A DNA stretch of 63,222 nucleotides, filler included, from Octopus bimaculoides (GCF_001194135.2; 7 parts of 5 records of this genome joined end to end with filler, not necessarily neighbours in it), one strand, 5' to 3'; shown: positions 25,764 to 38,260, counted from the first letter of the whole stretch. Numbers and translations: made by a program. The notes: a model not told the origin generated them from the letters alone.

Positions 25764-25802
25764 TTATTTATTTATCTGAAGAGCGTAGGCTCGAAATGTT
25801 AA
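25539..25802 (+). repeat. Two tandem decayed hammerhead-like units of a repeat family (CTGACGA-A-GAGC-loop-GCTC-GAAACGT type)
   Basis: CTGACGAAGAGCtctatGCTCAAGATGT at 25539 and CTGAAGAGCgtagGCTCGAAATGTT at 25776. Each has lesions in the core. Confidence 0.5.
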
Positions 25803-26857
25803 NNNNNNNNNNNNNNNNNNNNNNNNNNNNNNNNNNNNNNNNNNNNNNNNNNNNNNNNNNNNNNNNNNNNNNNNNNNNNNNNNNNNNNNNNNNNNNNNNN
25901 NNNNNNNNNNNNNNNNNNNNNNNNNNNNNNNNNNNNNNNNNNNNNNNNNNNNNNNNNNNNNNNNNNNNNNNNNNNNNNNNATATATATATATATACATAC
26001 ATAATATATGAGTATATGCATATATATGTACATGTATGTATATACCTTCATCTACATGTATATATAGATGCATATCTGGGTACATGATTTGCAAAAAAAA
26101 ACATGGACAAAATGATAAACAAGGTACAAAAAGCACACAGGCCACATAGAGAACATATCCTTCATCACCTGCCACCATTATAACACTGGCGTTTTGAAGA
26201 TACGCGACAGGCTTGTTTCAGTTTCCGTTACTCAAATTCAATAACCAGGTTTTTGGTAGGTCCGGGTTATGATTGAAGGTACCCAATGCGCTGTACGGTA
26301 GGACTGAACCCAAAACCACTCGACTGTGAAGCTCGACCCTCACATGCAACACCATCAGTATTTGTTTCTTCCTTTCGGTTTTACATTTGTTTTAAACGAT
26401 TTACAAAATATATTCACCTCATACAACTTCAACTCATCTTCTTTCACATATGTTTCTATCCCAAATTTTTATCAACTAGAAATAGCAACCAAATCCCCCT
26501 ACGGAGATGCGATTGGAGAATGTACTTCGAGATACACGGTGACTGACGGAATATGGTGAAATAATTACGATTACAAGGTTCTTTTTTTAAATTTTTTTAT
26601 CGTAAGCAAAATAACAGCTGCAATGAGTATATACCAATTACTTAAAACTCAGCATTGCAAGTATAGGTGAGTGTAAACCGCGAGAGTTTTATTATCTTGC
26701 TGTGTAATAAAAGCTGCATAAATGTCATCCCACCGCTGTATAATGACAACAAGAAGATGTGCAATCTGATCTTGATTCCGTAATGTTCTTTCTCTATACT
26801 CAATTCGATCGAGTCAACTGTAATCGATTATACTTTTTCCTGGAAAAATTTCAGATG

Positions 26858-27280
26858 GAGGCGTGGCTGTGTGGTACGGAGCTTGCTTACCAGTCACATA
26901 CTTTCGGGTTCAGTACCACTATATATATCTTCCGACTGACCAAAGCCTTGTGGGTGGATTTGGTAGACGGAAACTGGAAGGAGCTTGACATGTGTGTGTA
27001 TGTATGTGTGTGTGTATGTATGTGTGTGTGCGTGTGTCTCTGTGTCTATTTTTTTTTTCTTTTCTCCCTTTGTCACCGCCTGAAAACTGGTGTTGGTGTG
27101 TTTACGTCCTCGTAACATAGCGGTTCGGCAATAATTAAGATTTATATATCCCGATAAAATAAGTACCAGGCTTTAAAAAGCAATAAGTACTGGGGTTGAT
27201 ACATTCGTCTAAATATTCTTCAATGCTGTGCCCCAACATGGCCGCAGTCAAATGACTGATATAAATAAAAGATAGAAGAT
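26858..27280 (+). mobile_element. SINE family A with deletion in the CORE-like block
   Basis: gcgtggctgtgtggta...ccaaagccttgtg...ggccgcagtcaaatgactg. Confidence 0.8.
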
Positions 27281-27750
27281 CAACATAAGCAATACAAGCA
27301 ATACAAGATATATATACATGCATAGCCATGTAACTACACACGTGCTGTTGGTGATATTTTTCTTCTCTAGACTTTTCCACCATTTTATCTCAATTGTCTA
27401 CCACCATTTTATCTCAATTTATTTTCCTATAATGATTTAAAACAAATTATCAAATGTTAATTTATTCAATGCTAAAATACTTCATGTAGTGAACTACTAA
27501 TGTTTAATTAATCAAGATTCTATTTTTCATCTATAACGAAGAGAAAATACCAGCTCGATGCTTGAATCTGATCAAAGCACGAAGGGTGTTAACTCCGAAG
27601 TCTCAGTTGAGTAAAATTATAGTTACTAAACTTGGGACCTTATATTTCTGAAGCAAACTTCTTGACCACTTGATCATGCATATGTCCATTTCACTAAACA
27701 CCAGAAAGCTTTTAATCTTTTATTACTACCTTTATAACAATTTAATCCAC

Positions 27751-28036
27751 TACCTTTATTACAAAATAAAGCAGAGATGATTTTTAAAGTGAGAATATCT
27801 GAAATAATCCACTGCTCTCACATGAACCCGACCGCTCTCAAAAATTAAGTAAAATAACCAGAAAAATAATCCAGAATCCTTGCCCAGTACCAGACTCATC
27901 CCAAAATCTAACCAGTTTGTGCCAGTCACAAGGTCAAACATTCCTGAAAGTTTCAACCGAATTCATCCAGCAGTTCTTGAGATAAACAAACACGACTGGA
28001 AACAATACCTTCACCTTCGCTAAGGTGAAGGTAATA
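27751..28036 (-). mobile_element. Helentron/HINE-like non-autonomous element
   Basis: Terminal perfect 12-bp hairpin TACCTTCACCTT-cgct-AAGGTGAAGGTA (28006-28033). The body (gtttgtttatctcaagaactgctggatg..gaaactttcagg..ttagattttggg) resembles this widespread element type. Confidence 0.55.
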
Positions 28037-28976
28037 ATACCTATGTAATTGTTTCTTATTTTAAGCATAAGATATGAAATTTAAGAAAGAGGAATTGTCG
28101 ATTGTTTGGACCACAATAATTAGTGTTTATTTATCAACCCTTGACAGATGAAAGGCAAAGTTGACCTCGGCAAGACCTGAACTCGGAATGGAAAAATGCA
28201 TAAACTAATTACCATCTGTAATGTAAAATGTCACTTTACAATTTCTACGCTCTTTCATCCTAATTATCAAGATTTATGTAATAACGATAATAATTAAGAT
28301 TTATATATTTCAGTAACTCATGTTGTATACTGATAACCTCTAAACACTAGTTCTTGGTTTAGTTCTGACGCCTCAGTGACGCCTAGGCGTTCTATTTACC
28401 AGTCTTTATCCCTTACAGAATAAAATTTAGTTGTTAACATCTCACTTTCAAAATGATAATTAGAAGTTTATTTCTCCTATCAGTATGCTAAACTAATTAC
28501 GTCCGTTGATTAACAACGAAAGTAAATATTCAAGAGAAACTTTGTTGTCATTCATTGTTGATGGTAACTATCATAATTCTATTGGTGTTTCTCGTGTGAT
28601 CTTGAAGTCTTCCTACTCTCCACCACTCCCATAATATCGGTGGATAACAGGAGACGAGATTTTTTCGTCTCAATCTTACAACTCGGCCATATCCAGTGGG
28701 CTTCAAGCAGCAGACACATGATAGTAAGTAATTGAAAATAAACGATTGCTGTAAATTTTATCGCAGATAATTACAATACGATAAATTCGTCGCCTGTAAT
28801 TTTATCGCCTGATAATTTCCTTACAAAGTGATTACATCGTTAAAAAATACAACGGACATGTTTCTTTTTTATTCCTAGATTAAGTGCAGCGTTATGCATT
28901 ATTGTTAAGAATACTTAGGATAATTAAGGCATATTTCATTAACAATGAAATTCCACAACCAAAAATTATTAATATC

Positions 28977-29410
28977 AGGCGTGGCTGTGTGGTAAGAAGC
29001 TCGCTTCCAAACTACATCGTTCGGGGTTCAGTCTCAATGCGTCGTACTTTGGGCAAGTGTCTTCTACTTTAGCCTCGGGCCGACCAAAGCTTTGTGATTG
29101 GGTTTGGTTGATAGAACTTGAAAGAAGCTCGTCGGGAGTGTGTGTGTGTGCCTGTGTGTGTGCGTGTGTCTGTGTGTCTTTGTGTTTGTGTTTGTCCCCC
29201 CCCACACACACACACACACCGCTTGATAACCGGTGCTGATGTGTTTACGTCTCCGTAACTTAGCAGTTCGGCAAAAGAGACCGATAAATTGAATACCAGG
29301 CTGTTAAAAACAATAAGTACAGGAGTCGATACATTTGACTAAAAATTCTTCAATTCGGTGCTCCAGCATGGCTCCAGTCTAATGACTGGAACAAGTAAAA
29401 GATAGAAGAT
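28977..29410 (+). mobile_element. SINE family A, full length
   Basis: Colinear with 30926-31364. Confidence 0.85.
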
Positions 29411-29867
29411 CAAATTAGCTCAATTAATGGATGAAAAAAAAAACGTAGATCTAAGTTATTTTGATAAATCATGTGCAATGCCTTTTAAAGAATTCATTAT
29501 TTTGGTATTTTGGTATTCATCGATGCTACTTTGAATTCCCATTCCACCATCTTTGCATTTCTTTTTGCCATATGGAATATTACAAAGACCGGTTTTATTA
29601 TAATGTATGATTCTCATTGTCTTTCCTTATTGCTTCTTTTTCAAGATTTCCAAATATTCCCAGATTGAAGAATGCAATTTCAATGTTATTGATTTCTTTG
29701 CTTTGTTAAAACAAAAACATTTATTTTGCCCCGAGGTGGCGACAGAATGAATAAAAAAAAAACTTCGACTAAAACCCGTCAAGTTGGTGCTTTAGTATGG
29801 CCGCTGTCCAATAACTGAAACAAATAAAGGAAAGTAAAAGAAAGACGAGTTCGGAGAATGTCAATTG

Positions 29868-30553
29868 GGATCTTTTTTAAAACGGGGCCACATTTTTCAT
29901 TAATGTTTTACGTAGTGTTTTTGGTACCGAAAGACTTTCAAACTTCGTATACTTATCTATTTTGTGTTATAGAACAGAAAAATATTTTTGTATTCGAATT
30001 TATTTCATGTAAAAAATTNNNNNNNNNNNNNNNNNNNNNNNNNNNNNNNNNNNNNNNNNNNNNNNNNNNNNNNNNNNNNNNNNNNNNNNNNNNNNNNNNN
30101 NNNNNNNNNNNNNNNNNNNNNNNNNNNNNNNNNNNNNNNNNNNNNNNNNNNNNNNNNNNNNNNNNNNNNNNNNNNNNNNNNNNNNNNNNNNNNNNNNNNN
30201 NNNNNNNNNNNNNNNNNNNNNNNNNNNNNNNNNNNNNNNNNNNNNNNNNNNNNNNNNNNNNNNTGCTGTTTTACCTTAACCCTAACCCTAACCCTAACCC
30301 TATCACCGATAGAATTGTTTCAGAATCGTTTGTTTGTGTAGTCGGCACTTAATGTATATCGGCTGAATGGACGTCAGTGATTGGTTGAAATTACAGAAAT
30401 ACGACAACTTTAACATGGAATAACTTAGGGATTTCTTTTTTTTTTTAAGAAGACTAAGAGAAAAAGATGTTTTATATGACACATTCTACCAGTGTTCCAA
30501 GTTTCAAAGTGTTTCGTTAATGAAAAATGCGGCCCCCGTTTTAAAAAAGATCC
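29868..30553. mobile_element. Non-autonomous DNA transposon with GG-starting ~38-bp TIRs and 8-bp TSD (Merlin-like); internal (CCCTAA)4
   Basis: ggatcttttttaaaacggggccacatttttcattaa at the left end and its inverse ending at 30553. GTCAATTG is duplicated at 29860-67 and 30554-61. Contains an N gap. Confidence 0.8.
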
Positions 30554-30925
30554 GTCAATTGAATTGATAAATATGTGATGCAAACTTTTAATGATCATAT
30601 TTTTCGGTAACTAATAAAATGCCTATTCTTCACTGTTCATATTTCAATGTGTCTATGAATATATTTGCTTATATATTATCACGCTACTTCCCGACATCAA
30701 TCATTTGAATAAACGATAACTGGAAATGGAGAGTTACGATTAAATGAGTGTCAGCTTCTGATATAATACATTTACTGTACTTATATATCGAGTATATCTA
30801 CCTCCATTTCTAAAAGAAAACGTTCACCTATTTCTGCGTGTGGTTGTGTGTGTCCTTGTGTGTGCGTTTGAATACGTGTTTGGTTCTGTGTATATTTTTA
30901 TGCATGCATGAATATATATATATAT

Positions 30926-31098
30926 AGGCGCAGGAGTGGCTGTGTGGTAAGTAGCTTGCTTACCAACCCATATGGTTCTGGGTTCAGTCCCACTGCGTGG
31001 CATCTTGGGCAAGTGTCTTCTACTATAGCCACGGGCCGACCAAAGCCTTATGAGTGGATTTGGTAGACGGAAACTGAAAGAAGCCCGTCGTATATATG

Positions 31099-31154
<56 letters not shown>

Positions 31155-31364
31155 TGTGTGTGTCTGTGTATGCCCCCCTAGCATTGCTTGACAACCGATG
31201 CTGGTGTGTTTATGTCCCCGTTACTTAGTGATTCGGCAAAAGAGATAGATAGAATAAGTACTAGGCTTACAAAAATAAGTCCTGGGATCGATTTGCTCGA
31301 CTAAAGGCAGTGCTCCAGCATGGCCGTAGTCAAATGACTGAAACAAGTAAAAGAGTAAAAGAGT
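30926..31364 (+). mobile_element. SINE family A (tRNA head, CORE-like block, internal TA/TG microsatellite, 3' module); best-preserved copy
   Basis: A-box-like TGGCTGTGTGGTAA, B-box-like GGTTCAGTCCC, then CTTGGGCAAGTGTCTT and a tail aaacaagtaaaagagtaaaagag. Many copies in the window. Confidence 0.88.
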
Positions 31365-31384
31365 AATATATATATAAATACATG

Positions 31385-32266
31385 CGAGGTCTGGTCAATA
31401 AGTATCAGGACTGTTGCCATAGTAACGAAGCTGAAACATGCAGCGTGAAGCCGCTGGGCAAAGATTGACCTTGAACTCTGTTGTGCATGCACATTAAGTT
31501 TTAACGTTTTAGCTCTCTTCCGCTATTTACAGCAGTGCTTGGAAGGAACGTGTGTAGCGTGCGATCGTTGCATTGACCACGATAGAGAAAGTTGCCATGA
31601 TGATACCTGCTCAGAGGCCTAAGCAAAGTTACAGACAGTGTAAGGAGAGGAGTGTGTGAGGCGTACACAAGTATACGTGTGGTTCAGATGTTTCGAAGAT
31701 GGCCGAAAAAATGTCGATAGTTACGAACGTTCCGGGAGACCTGAAACCAGTAGAACTGAGAAAATAAATTGCAGATATGTGTGCAGCTGTGAAGGGAAAT
31801 CGTCGAATCACCATCCGTGAGTTATCAGAGGATGTGCAGATTAGTTACGGTTCAGTTCAGTCCATTATCACTGACGATTTGGGGATGAGACGCATGTCTA
31901 CCAAGTTTATACCAAAAATGCCTTCAGCTGACGAAAATGATACTCGGGGTTTCAATTGCACAAGCTCTCCCTGATTATGTTGAGAACGATGCAAACTTTT
32001 CTGAAAACTTTGCGTAGGCCTCGAAGCAGGTATTGCTAAGATTCTAGCAAACTTTGATGCAGATTTTCTGCTCAGCTTTCTCTGTCATGGTCCATGCGGC
32101 AATCACACACTACACACGTTCCTTCCAAGCATTACTGTAAACAACGGAAGTGAGCTAGAACGTTAAAACGTGGTGCACGTGATCAATCTGTGCCAAGCAG
32201 CTTCACATTGCGTGCTTTAGCTTCGTTACAATGGCAACAGTTCGGATACTTATTGATCAGACCTCG
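31385..32266 (+). mobile_element. Non-autonomous mariner derivative with the 5' end at both termini
   Basis: TIR cgaggtctggtcaataagtatcaggactg at 31385 and its inverse ending at 32266, followed by TA. The inverted arms run about 270 bp into the transposase start. The centre encodes WFRCFEDGR..ERSGRP..RRITIRELSEDVQISYGSVQSIITDDLGMRR. Confidence 0.9.
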
Positions 32267-32293
32267 TATATATGTAAGTATTGATATACATAC

Positions 32294-32324
<31 letters not shown>

Positions 32325-33002
32325 TGTATGTATGTATGTATGTATGTATGTATGTGTACGTATGTATCTATGTGTATGTATGTATGTGTGGTGTAAGTGT
32401 CTGTATATTATTCGATTCTTATTTCGTTTCATTTCTGTTTTTTCCACCACGTGTTTTAGTTGCCAAACTTCATATATTCATATATTATTTATTTAGTTTG
32501 TTTCCTACGTTGCTCATAATCTTCCTCGTGTGTACGTATGTATATATATATAAGCATGTATGCATGTATATATGTTTGAACGCATGCATTCATGAATATA
32601 TATATATATATATATGTATGTATANNNNNNNNNNNNNNNNNNNNNNNNNNNNNNNNNNNNNNNNNNNNNNNNNNNNNNNNNNNNNNNNNNNNNNNNNNNN
32701 NNNNNNNNNNNNNNNNNNNNNNNNNNNNNNNNNNNNNNNNNNNNNNNNNNNNNNNNNNNNNNNNNNNNNNNNNNNNNNNNNNNNNNNNNNNNNNNNNNNN
32801 NNNNNNNNNNNNNNNNNNNNNNNNNNNNNNNNNNNNNNNNNNNNNNNNNNNNNNNNNNNNNNNNNNNNNNNNNNNNNNNNNNNNNNNNNNNNNNNNNNNN
32901 NNNNNNNNNNNNNNNNNNNNNNNNNNNNNNNNNNNNNNNNNNNNNNNNNNNNNNNNNNNNNNNNNNNNNNNNNNNNNNNNNNNNNNNNNNNNNNNNNNNN
33001 NN

Positions 33003-33044
<42 letters not shown>

Positions 33045-33663
33045 CATGTGTGTGTGTTGTATATGTGAGTGTGTGTTTATATCCGATTTCGTTGATATAT
33101 TTATATACTCATGTACCGGAAATGTATTTAGAAGGTAGAGATACTTAAAGATACGGTGCATTTAATAGATAAAAGGTGAACAAGTCTTCAGTCAACCATA
33201 AGTAACATTCCCAGATGATCTGACATTATATTACCGACAGTTTAGCCTTAACTTAGACACAGAATTCTGCGATATTCTTCCGCTTCCGAATTTCCTGATT
33301 CTCATACGCGCACGCACACGCACGCACGCACACACACACACACATACACACAGACGCACGCACATACACAGATGCGCGTATACTCGCACATACTTTTAAG
33401 TTGTTTCTGTCATCTTACCTTGCCATATATAATTCTCATTAATGTTTAATGCTTCAACCAGACGAAAATAAACCCCTGCTTATGAAGCAAATATTGTTGG
33501 TAAATAAAAGGATACTGTGATCTACTGGATGATTTAAGGAGGGCGGGAGTCCTCTTATAATTGAAATTTACCTCTTAGTCGGAGAGAGAGAGAGAGAGAG
33601 AGAGTCGGTGAAGAGAGTGAGCAAAACGAATGGTTGCTTGATTCATATATAAATACTTATATA

Positions 33664-34928
33664 CAAGGTCTGATCAATAAGTATCCGGACTGGTGCTATA
33701 AAAACAAAACTACAACACGTACCGATTTGGCATTTAATCTCCTTCAAAGTAGTCCTTTCAAGAAAGCCACACACTTAATCCAACGCTTTTTCCATTGATG
33801 GAAGCATTCCTGGAACTCGTTTTCTGGGATAATCAGCAGCTGCCTCGTTGCATTCTTCTTTTCAAGTGAGATTTGATTTTTGGAAAGACGAAAAAGTCGC
33901 AACGCGCGAGATCTGGGGAATACGGTGGCTGTCGGACCTGGCAAATGCTGTGGTTAGCTAAACATTGCTGTACAGGCTGTGCCGAATGGACAGGTGCATT
34001 GTCATGGTGCAATTCTCACTCACCGGACTCATGCAATTGCAGCCTTTTTCGACGAATAGCATCCGTGAGTTATCAGAGGATGTGCAGATTAGTTACGGTT
34101 CAGGAATGAGAACCCAGGTTCGAAATTTCCCCAAGACATCTGATGAAGGCTGGAGGGTGTATCAGCCATACTCATGATGAACAATCCCCTTGTTGTCGAA
34201 GAAAACAGTTAACAGTGTCTTCACATTGCTTAGATTCACTCGTGCTTTCTTCGGTTTCGGAGGGGTTGGTTCTTCCCCTGTGAAGACTGGGCCTTTTTTC
34301 GGGATCACAGCCATAGACCTACGATACATAACCTGTTATGACCGTTTTAAAAAGGTTTTCATCGTTCTCGACACAATCAAGGAGGTCTTGTGCAACTGAA
34401 ACCTGAGTGTCTTTTTGGTCAGCTGAAATCAGTTTTGGCATAAACTTGGCAGACATGCGTCTCATACCCAAATCTTCAGGGGTAATGGACTGAACTGAAC
34501 CGTAACTAATCTACACATCCTGTGATAAATTACGGATGGTGATTAGAAGATTTCCCATCACAGCTGCATGCACATCTGCGATGTTCTTTTTCAGTTCTGT
34601 TGGTTGCGGGTCTCCCAGAACGTTCGTCAATATTAAGATTTTTTCGGCCATCTTCGAAACGTCTGAAAGACACGTACACTTGCCAAGCTTTTGGCATAAT
34701 CTGATGCAGATTCTCTGCTCAACTTTGTCAGTCATGGTCAATGCAACAATCACACGCTACACACGTTCCTTCCAAGCACTGCTGTAAACAGTGGAAGTGA
34801 GCTCGAACGTTAAAACTTAATGCGCATGCACAACAGAGTTCAAGGTCAATCTTTGCCAAGCGGCTTTACTCTGCGTACTTTACGTTTGTCACTATGGCAA
34901 CAGTCCGGATACCTACTGATCAAACCAC

Positions 34929-34929
<1 letters not shown>
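33664..34929 (-). mobile_element. Near full-length decayed mariner (D34D-type) transposon
   Basis: TIRs at both ends with TA flanks, 1266 bp. The minus strand encodes MTDKVEQRICI.., TVFFDNKGIVHHEY, LHHDNAPVHS, QPPYSPDLARCDFFVFPKIK and EFQECFHQWKKRWIKCV, with frameshifts and deletions. Confidence 0.92.
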
Positions 34930-34977
<48 letters not shown>

Positions 34978-35288
34978 ATAAGGGCATTAACAATATAGTA
35001 ATGCCTCACGCTTAGAGGGACTAAATAAGTCAAAACTACCAAAAAATAAGCAACATATTTACTGAAAGCGAGGAAATGCAGCTTTCAAAATTAATCTCTT
35101 AAAAACATTTAACTTAACGGCAAACCACTGGTTTCTCAATCAATACAGCAAAACTGTGAAGTAAGCTGCATCTTTTGTTCATCAGTACACGTATGGGCGA
35201 GACACATAAAAATAAACAAGAATCAACATACCACGATGTACCCAACATAGTACGATGACTTCTGTCCATCATTATATATCCGTGAAAG

Positions 35289-35524
35289 AGATTAGAATTT
35301 ATCCGGTTGCATCTCAGTAACATTTGCTTATACAGAATAATATTCAGCACTGAATATATTCCAATTATTTATAATATAATATAGGATAAAATCTTTATAA
35401 GAATTTATCAAGTAGTCAGCGTGAAAAAAACCCGATAAGGAAAAAAACTCATTGTTTTATTCCCATAAATATATATAATTTATAAGCACATGTTACTGAG
35501 ATGCAACCGAATAAATTCTAATCT
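35289..35524. mobile_element. MITE-like element with 44-bp inverted arms
   Basis: 35289-35332 is the reverse complement of 35481-35524, with 2 mismatches. Confidence 0.75.
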
Positions 35525-35859
35525 TTTAAATTTTGAAGTGAAACTAATGGTTTTTGTGTGTTCTTCAATGGTTTACAAACATTCTACACTTTGACAAATG
35601 AGAGTAAAGCTTAGTGGAATACCATCTTTGTGAAATATCAGGCGGCAGATTAGCAGATTCCTTATATCAACCTACTGGCGTATTTTGCCTCTTATTCGTT
35701 TATTCTTTTAGTCTTTTAATGGTTTCAGTCGATGGACTGCGGCCATGCTTAAACATGTTTATTTTTGTTTATCTTTTTATTACTATTATTGTTAATTTAT
35801 TTTATTTTATTGTCTTTTTAATATATTCAGTACCGTTGAAGTTGATAGCAGCTGATTTT

Positions 35860-36560
35860 CCAGAGTGCCACATTTTATAGTTGGCTGGTCCCGTATTTTG
35901 ATTAGGAATTCATCCAATGTTTTCCTGAATGTTTCGACAGAAGTCCCTTTCATATTTTCTGATTTATTTTGGTAGGCTGTTGAACATTTAACGGCCTCTA
36001 AAGTATCATATTGTTGCAGTATAATGTCCTTTCTCGTGATTTTGAAGATAGTATATGTGGAAGCTGGCAGTGACTACCAGTTGGGACATTATAGTTTTCT
36101 TCTATACTAAAGTTTAGAACATGACCTTCCAGGATCTTCCATGCATAAATAACATCATATATCACTGTATGTCGTTCAAAGAGGACGTAGAGACGTAGCG
36201 ACGTAGAGCTTTCGGGCGTTCCCAGTAACTAAGTTCATTAACTGAAGTCATATTACTGTTCTCTGTAACATATAACGTTCTCTGTAACTCTTCAATTTCT
36301 TCTATGAGACTAGGTGTGTTCGGCGACCAAAGCTGTAAACAATAATCTAGTTTTCTCAAAATTAAGGTTTTCCATAGAGTCAGCATAACTATTAGTTCTG
36401 TTCTTACGAAGTTGTTACGATCCAGATGTTACGAACCGGATGGTGAGTTTGCACGTGGTCAGTCTATTTTTCAAGGTTCCGAAAGATAAGACTCTATCAG
36501 TGATCGGAGACGAGCATAAATCAGATCCTTCGTTCAGGCAATGCACATTTCATTACAAAG
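35860..36560 (-). mobile_element. Decayed CR1-clade LINE ORF2 3' end
   Basis: Minus strand gives MLTLWKTLILRKLDYCLQLWSP...IEELQR...LSYWERPKALR...MFNSLPK*IRN...FRKTLDEFL...DQP, the typical CR1 RT C-terminus. Confidence 0.8.
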
Positions 36561-36889
36561 AAAGATCATATTTGTACATAACGCAAATTCAAATTTCTAC
36601 ACACAGGCACCCATTCACATAGCAAAAAAAAATAAATAAATAATAAAATAGAGTGTATACTGCGAGACATTGTAATTTCTTTAACTGAACAGATTTGAGT
36701 GACTGGTGGAGTGGTGGGATGCCAGTCAAGAGCAGAAAGATAAGTGGTGGAAACATCAGTTAAAACCTCTGCCTCAATCTGACTATCTAATGCTATATGC
36801 ATGTCAGAAAAGCTTCGAAAGTTGCGCATTCCATTAACCATGAATACATTATCCTAAGGCAGGTCTACCTATCGCGGATACCTCTTCCA

Positions 36890-37065
36890 AACAAAACCTT
36901 CATCAGAAGAAATCATAACCAAAAACTGCATGTATTTTGTCCCGTGCAGTTGTGGCAGAGCTATAAAAGTGAGACCAACCACTCTGCAAAAAAAAGGAGA
37001 GAACATTGTAAAACCGTGATACGTGGGGAATCAAGGAAATCAGAGGAAGCCGCCAGCCCTTGTGG
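36890..37065 (+). mobile_element. Penelope-like GIY-YIG endonuclease fragment
   Basis: KNCMYFVPCSCGR, then a frameshift, then YKSET...RREHCKTVIRGE. This matches the VY.IpC.C...YIGET...R..EH pattern. Confidence 0.65.
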
Positions 37066-38229
37066 AAGTAGCATGTTCGTTCGTCGGAACGACGAGAACC
37101 ATCAGGGTCATCCTAAAAGATGACTGATGACTTGCGCAGTGGTCTTGTGCACCGTCGACTTTGGTCTCTCGTTCGTGACTACTATCAATCCAGTGGCAAA
37201 GCTAGGTCAAGACGACTGGAGATGGAAAAAGATGCAAGAGATGACCAAGACGTCTCACTTGCCTTATCTTGCTCTCAGTACTTCCAAACACATTGCTGCA
37301 GTCGTCTTACCCTCCACTGAAGCATGAAAATCATTTCCGCCCAGTCCGTCGGATCCAGTCTTCACATGCCTAGGTAGGCAAGCCCTAAAAAAAGGCAATT
37401 AACTCATAGCTGAGACCCTGACAGGTGCTAATGTTCTCAATCAAAGTAGACCTGGAACCCATAGTAACTAAGAGGTGATTCTGCATTCCTCAAAACCATG
37501 GAGCTTCCGAACCAGAGCTCCACTAACGGATGCAGTTTGAAGTTATATCCAGGGCATAAGTCAGGATAATAGATAAGGAACAACAGTGGAAGATACACAA
37601 AAGAAACAATACACTTGGTTTTGAGATCAGTTGAGATTATATTAATCGACAGTTACCTCCCTTAAAAAAAATAATCGTCTTCATTTATAAATCGTCTTCA
37701 TTTATAAATCGTCATCATTTCACCTTTCAAGATATAATGTTTTTGGTCTTGGTATTCTTGGAAATCAATAAGTATCACAAATTTCCTTATTTCCTTGCCA
37801 CGTCTCCCCCTACAAAAAAAAAACAAAGAAAAGAAAAATATATAAGAAATTCTTGCTAAATTAAAATAAACCGATATATTCAAATTTAGAAATATCTGAA
37901 ATATAATTCACTTATTTACATTTCTGCTGCAGCTGAAGAGGACTGTCATTTTGTGCAAATAGGAAGTTTTAATCGTACTGAATAAAGAGACAGGGATGGA
38001 TAAATTCGACCTCATATGGTTTCGATTTAGGCAACGGATTTAGGCACAGTGGTAGCAATATGCCTGATTGCAACTGTTTCAAGAATTTCCTTTTTTTTAT
38101 TCTTAATTATTTTCAATATTTTATTCAATCCTAATTTCATATTTTCTATATTTATTTAATACTTATTTTAAACTTGATTTTTCTAGAATTATTATTCTAT
38201 TATTATTATTATTATTATTGTTATTATCA

Positions 38230-38260
<31 letters not shown>

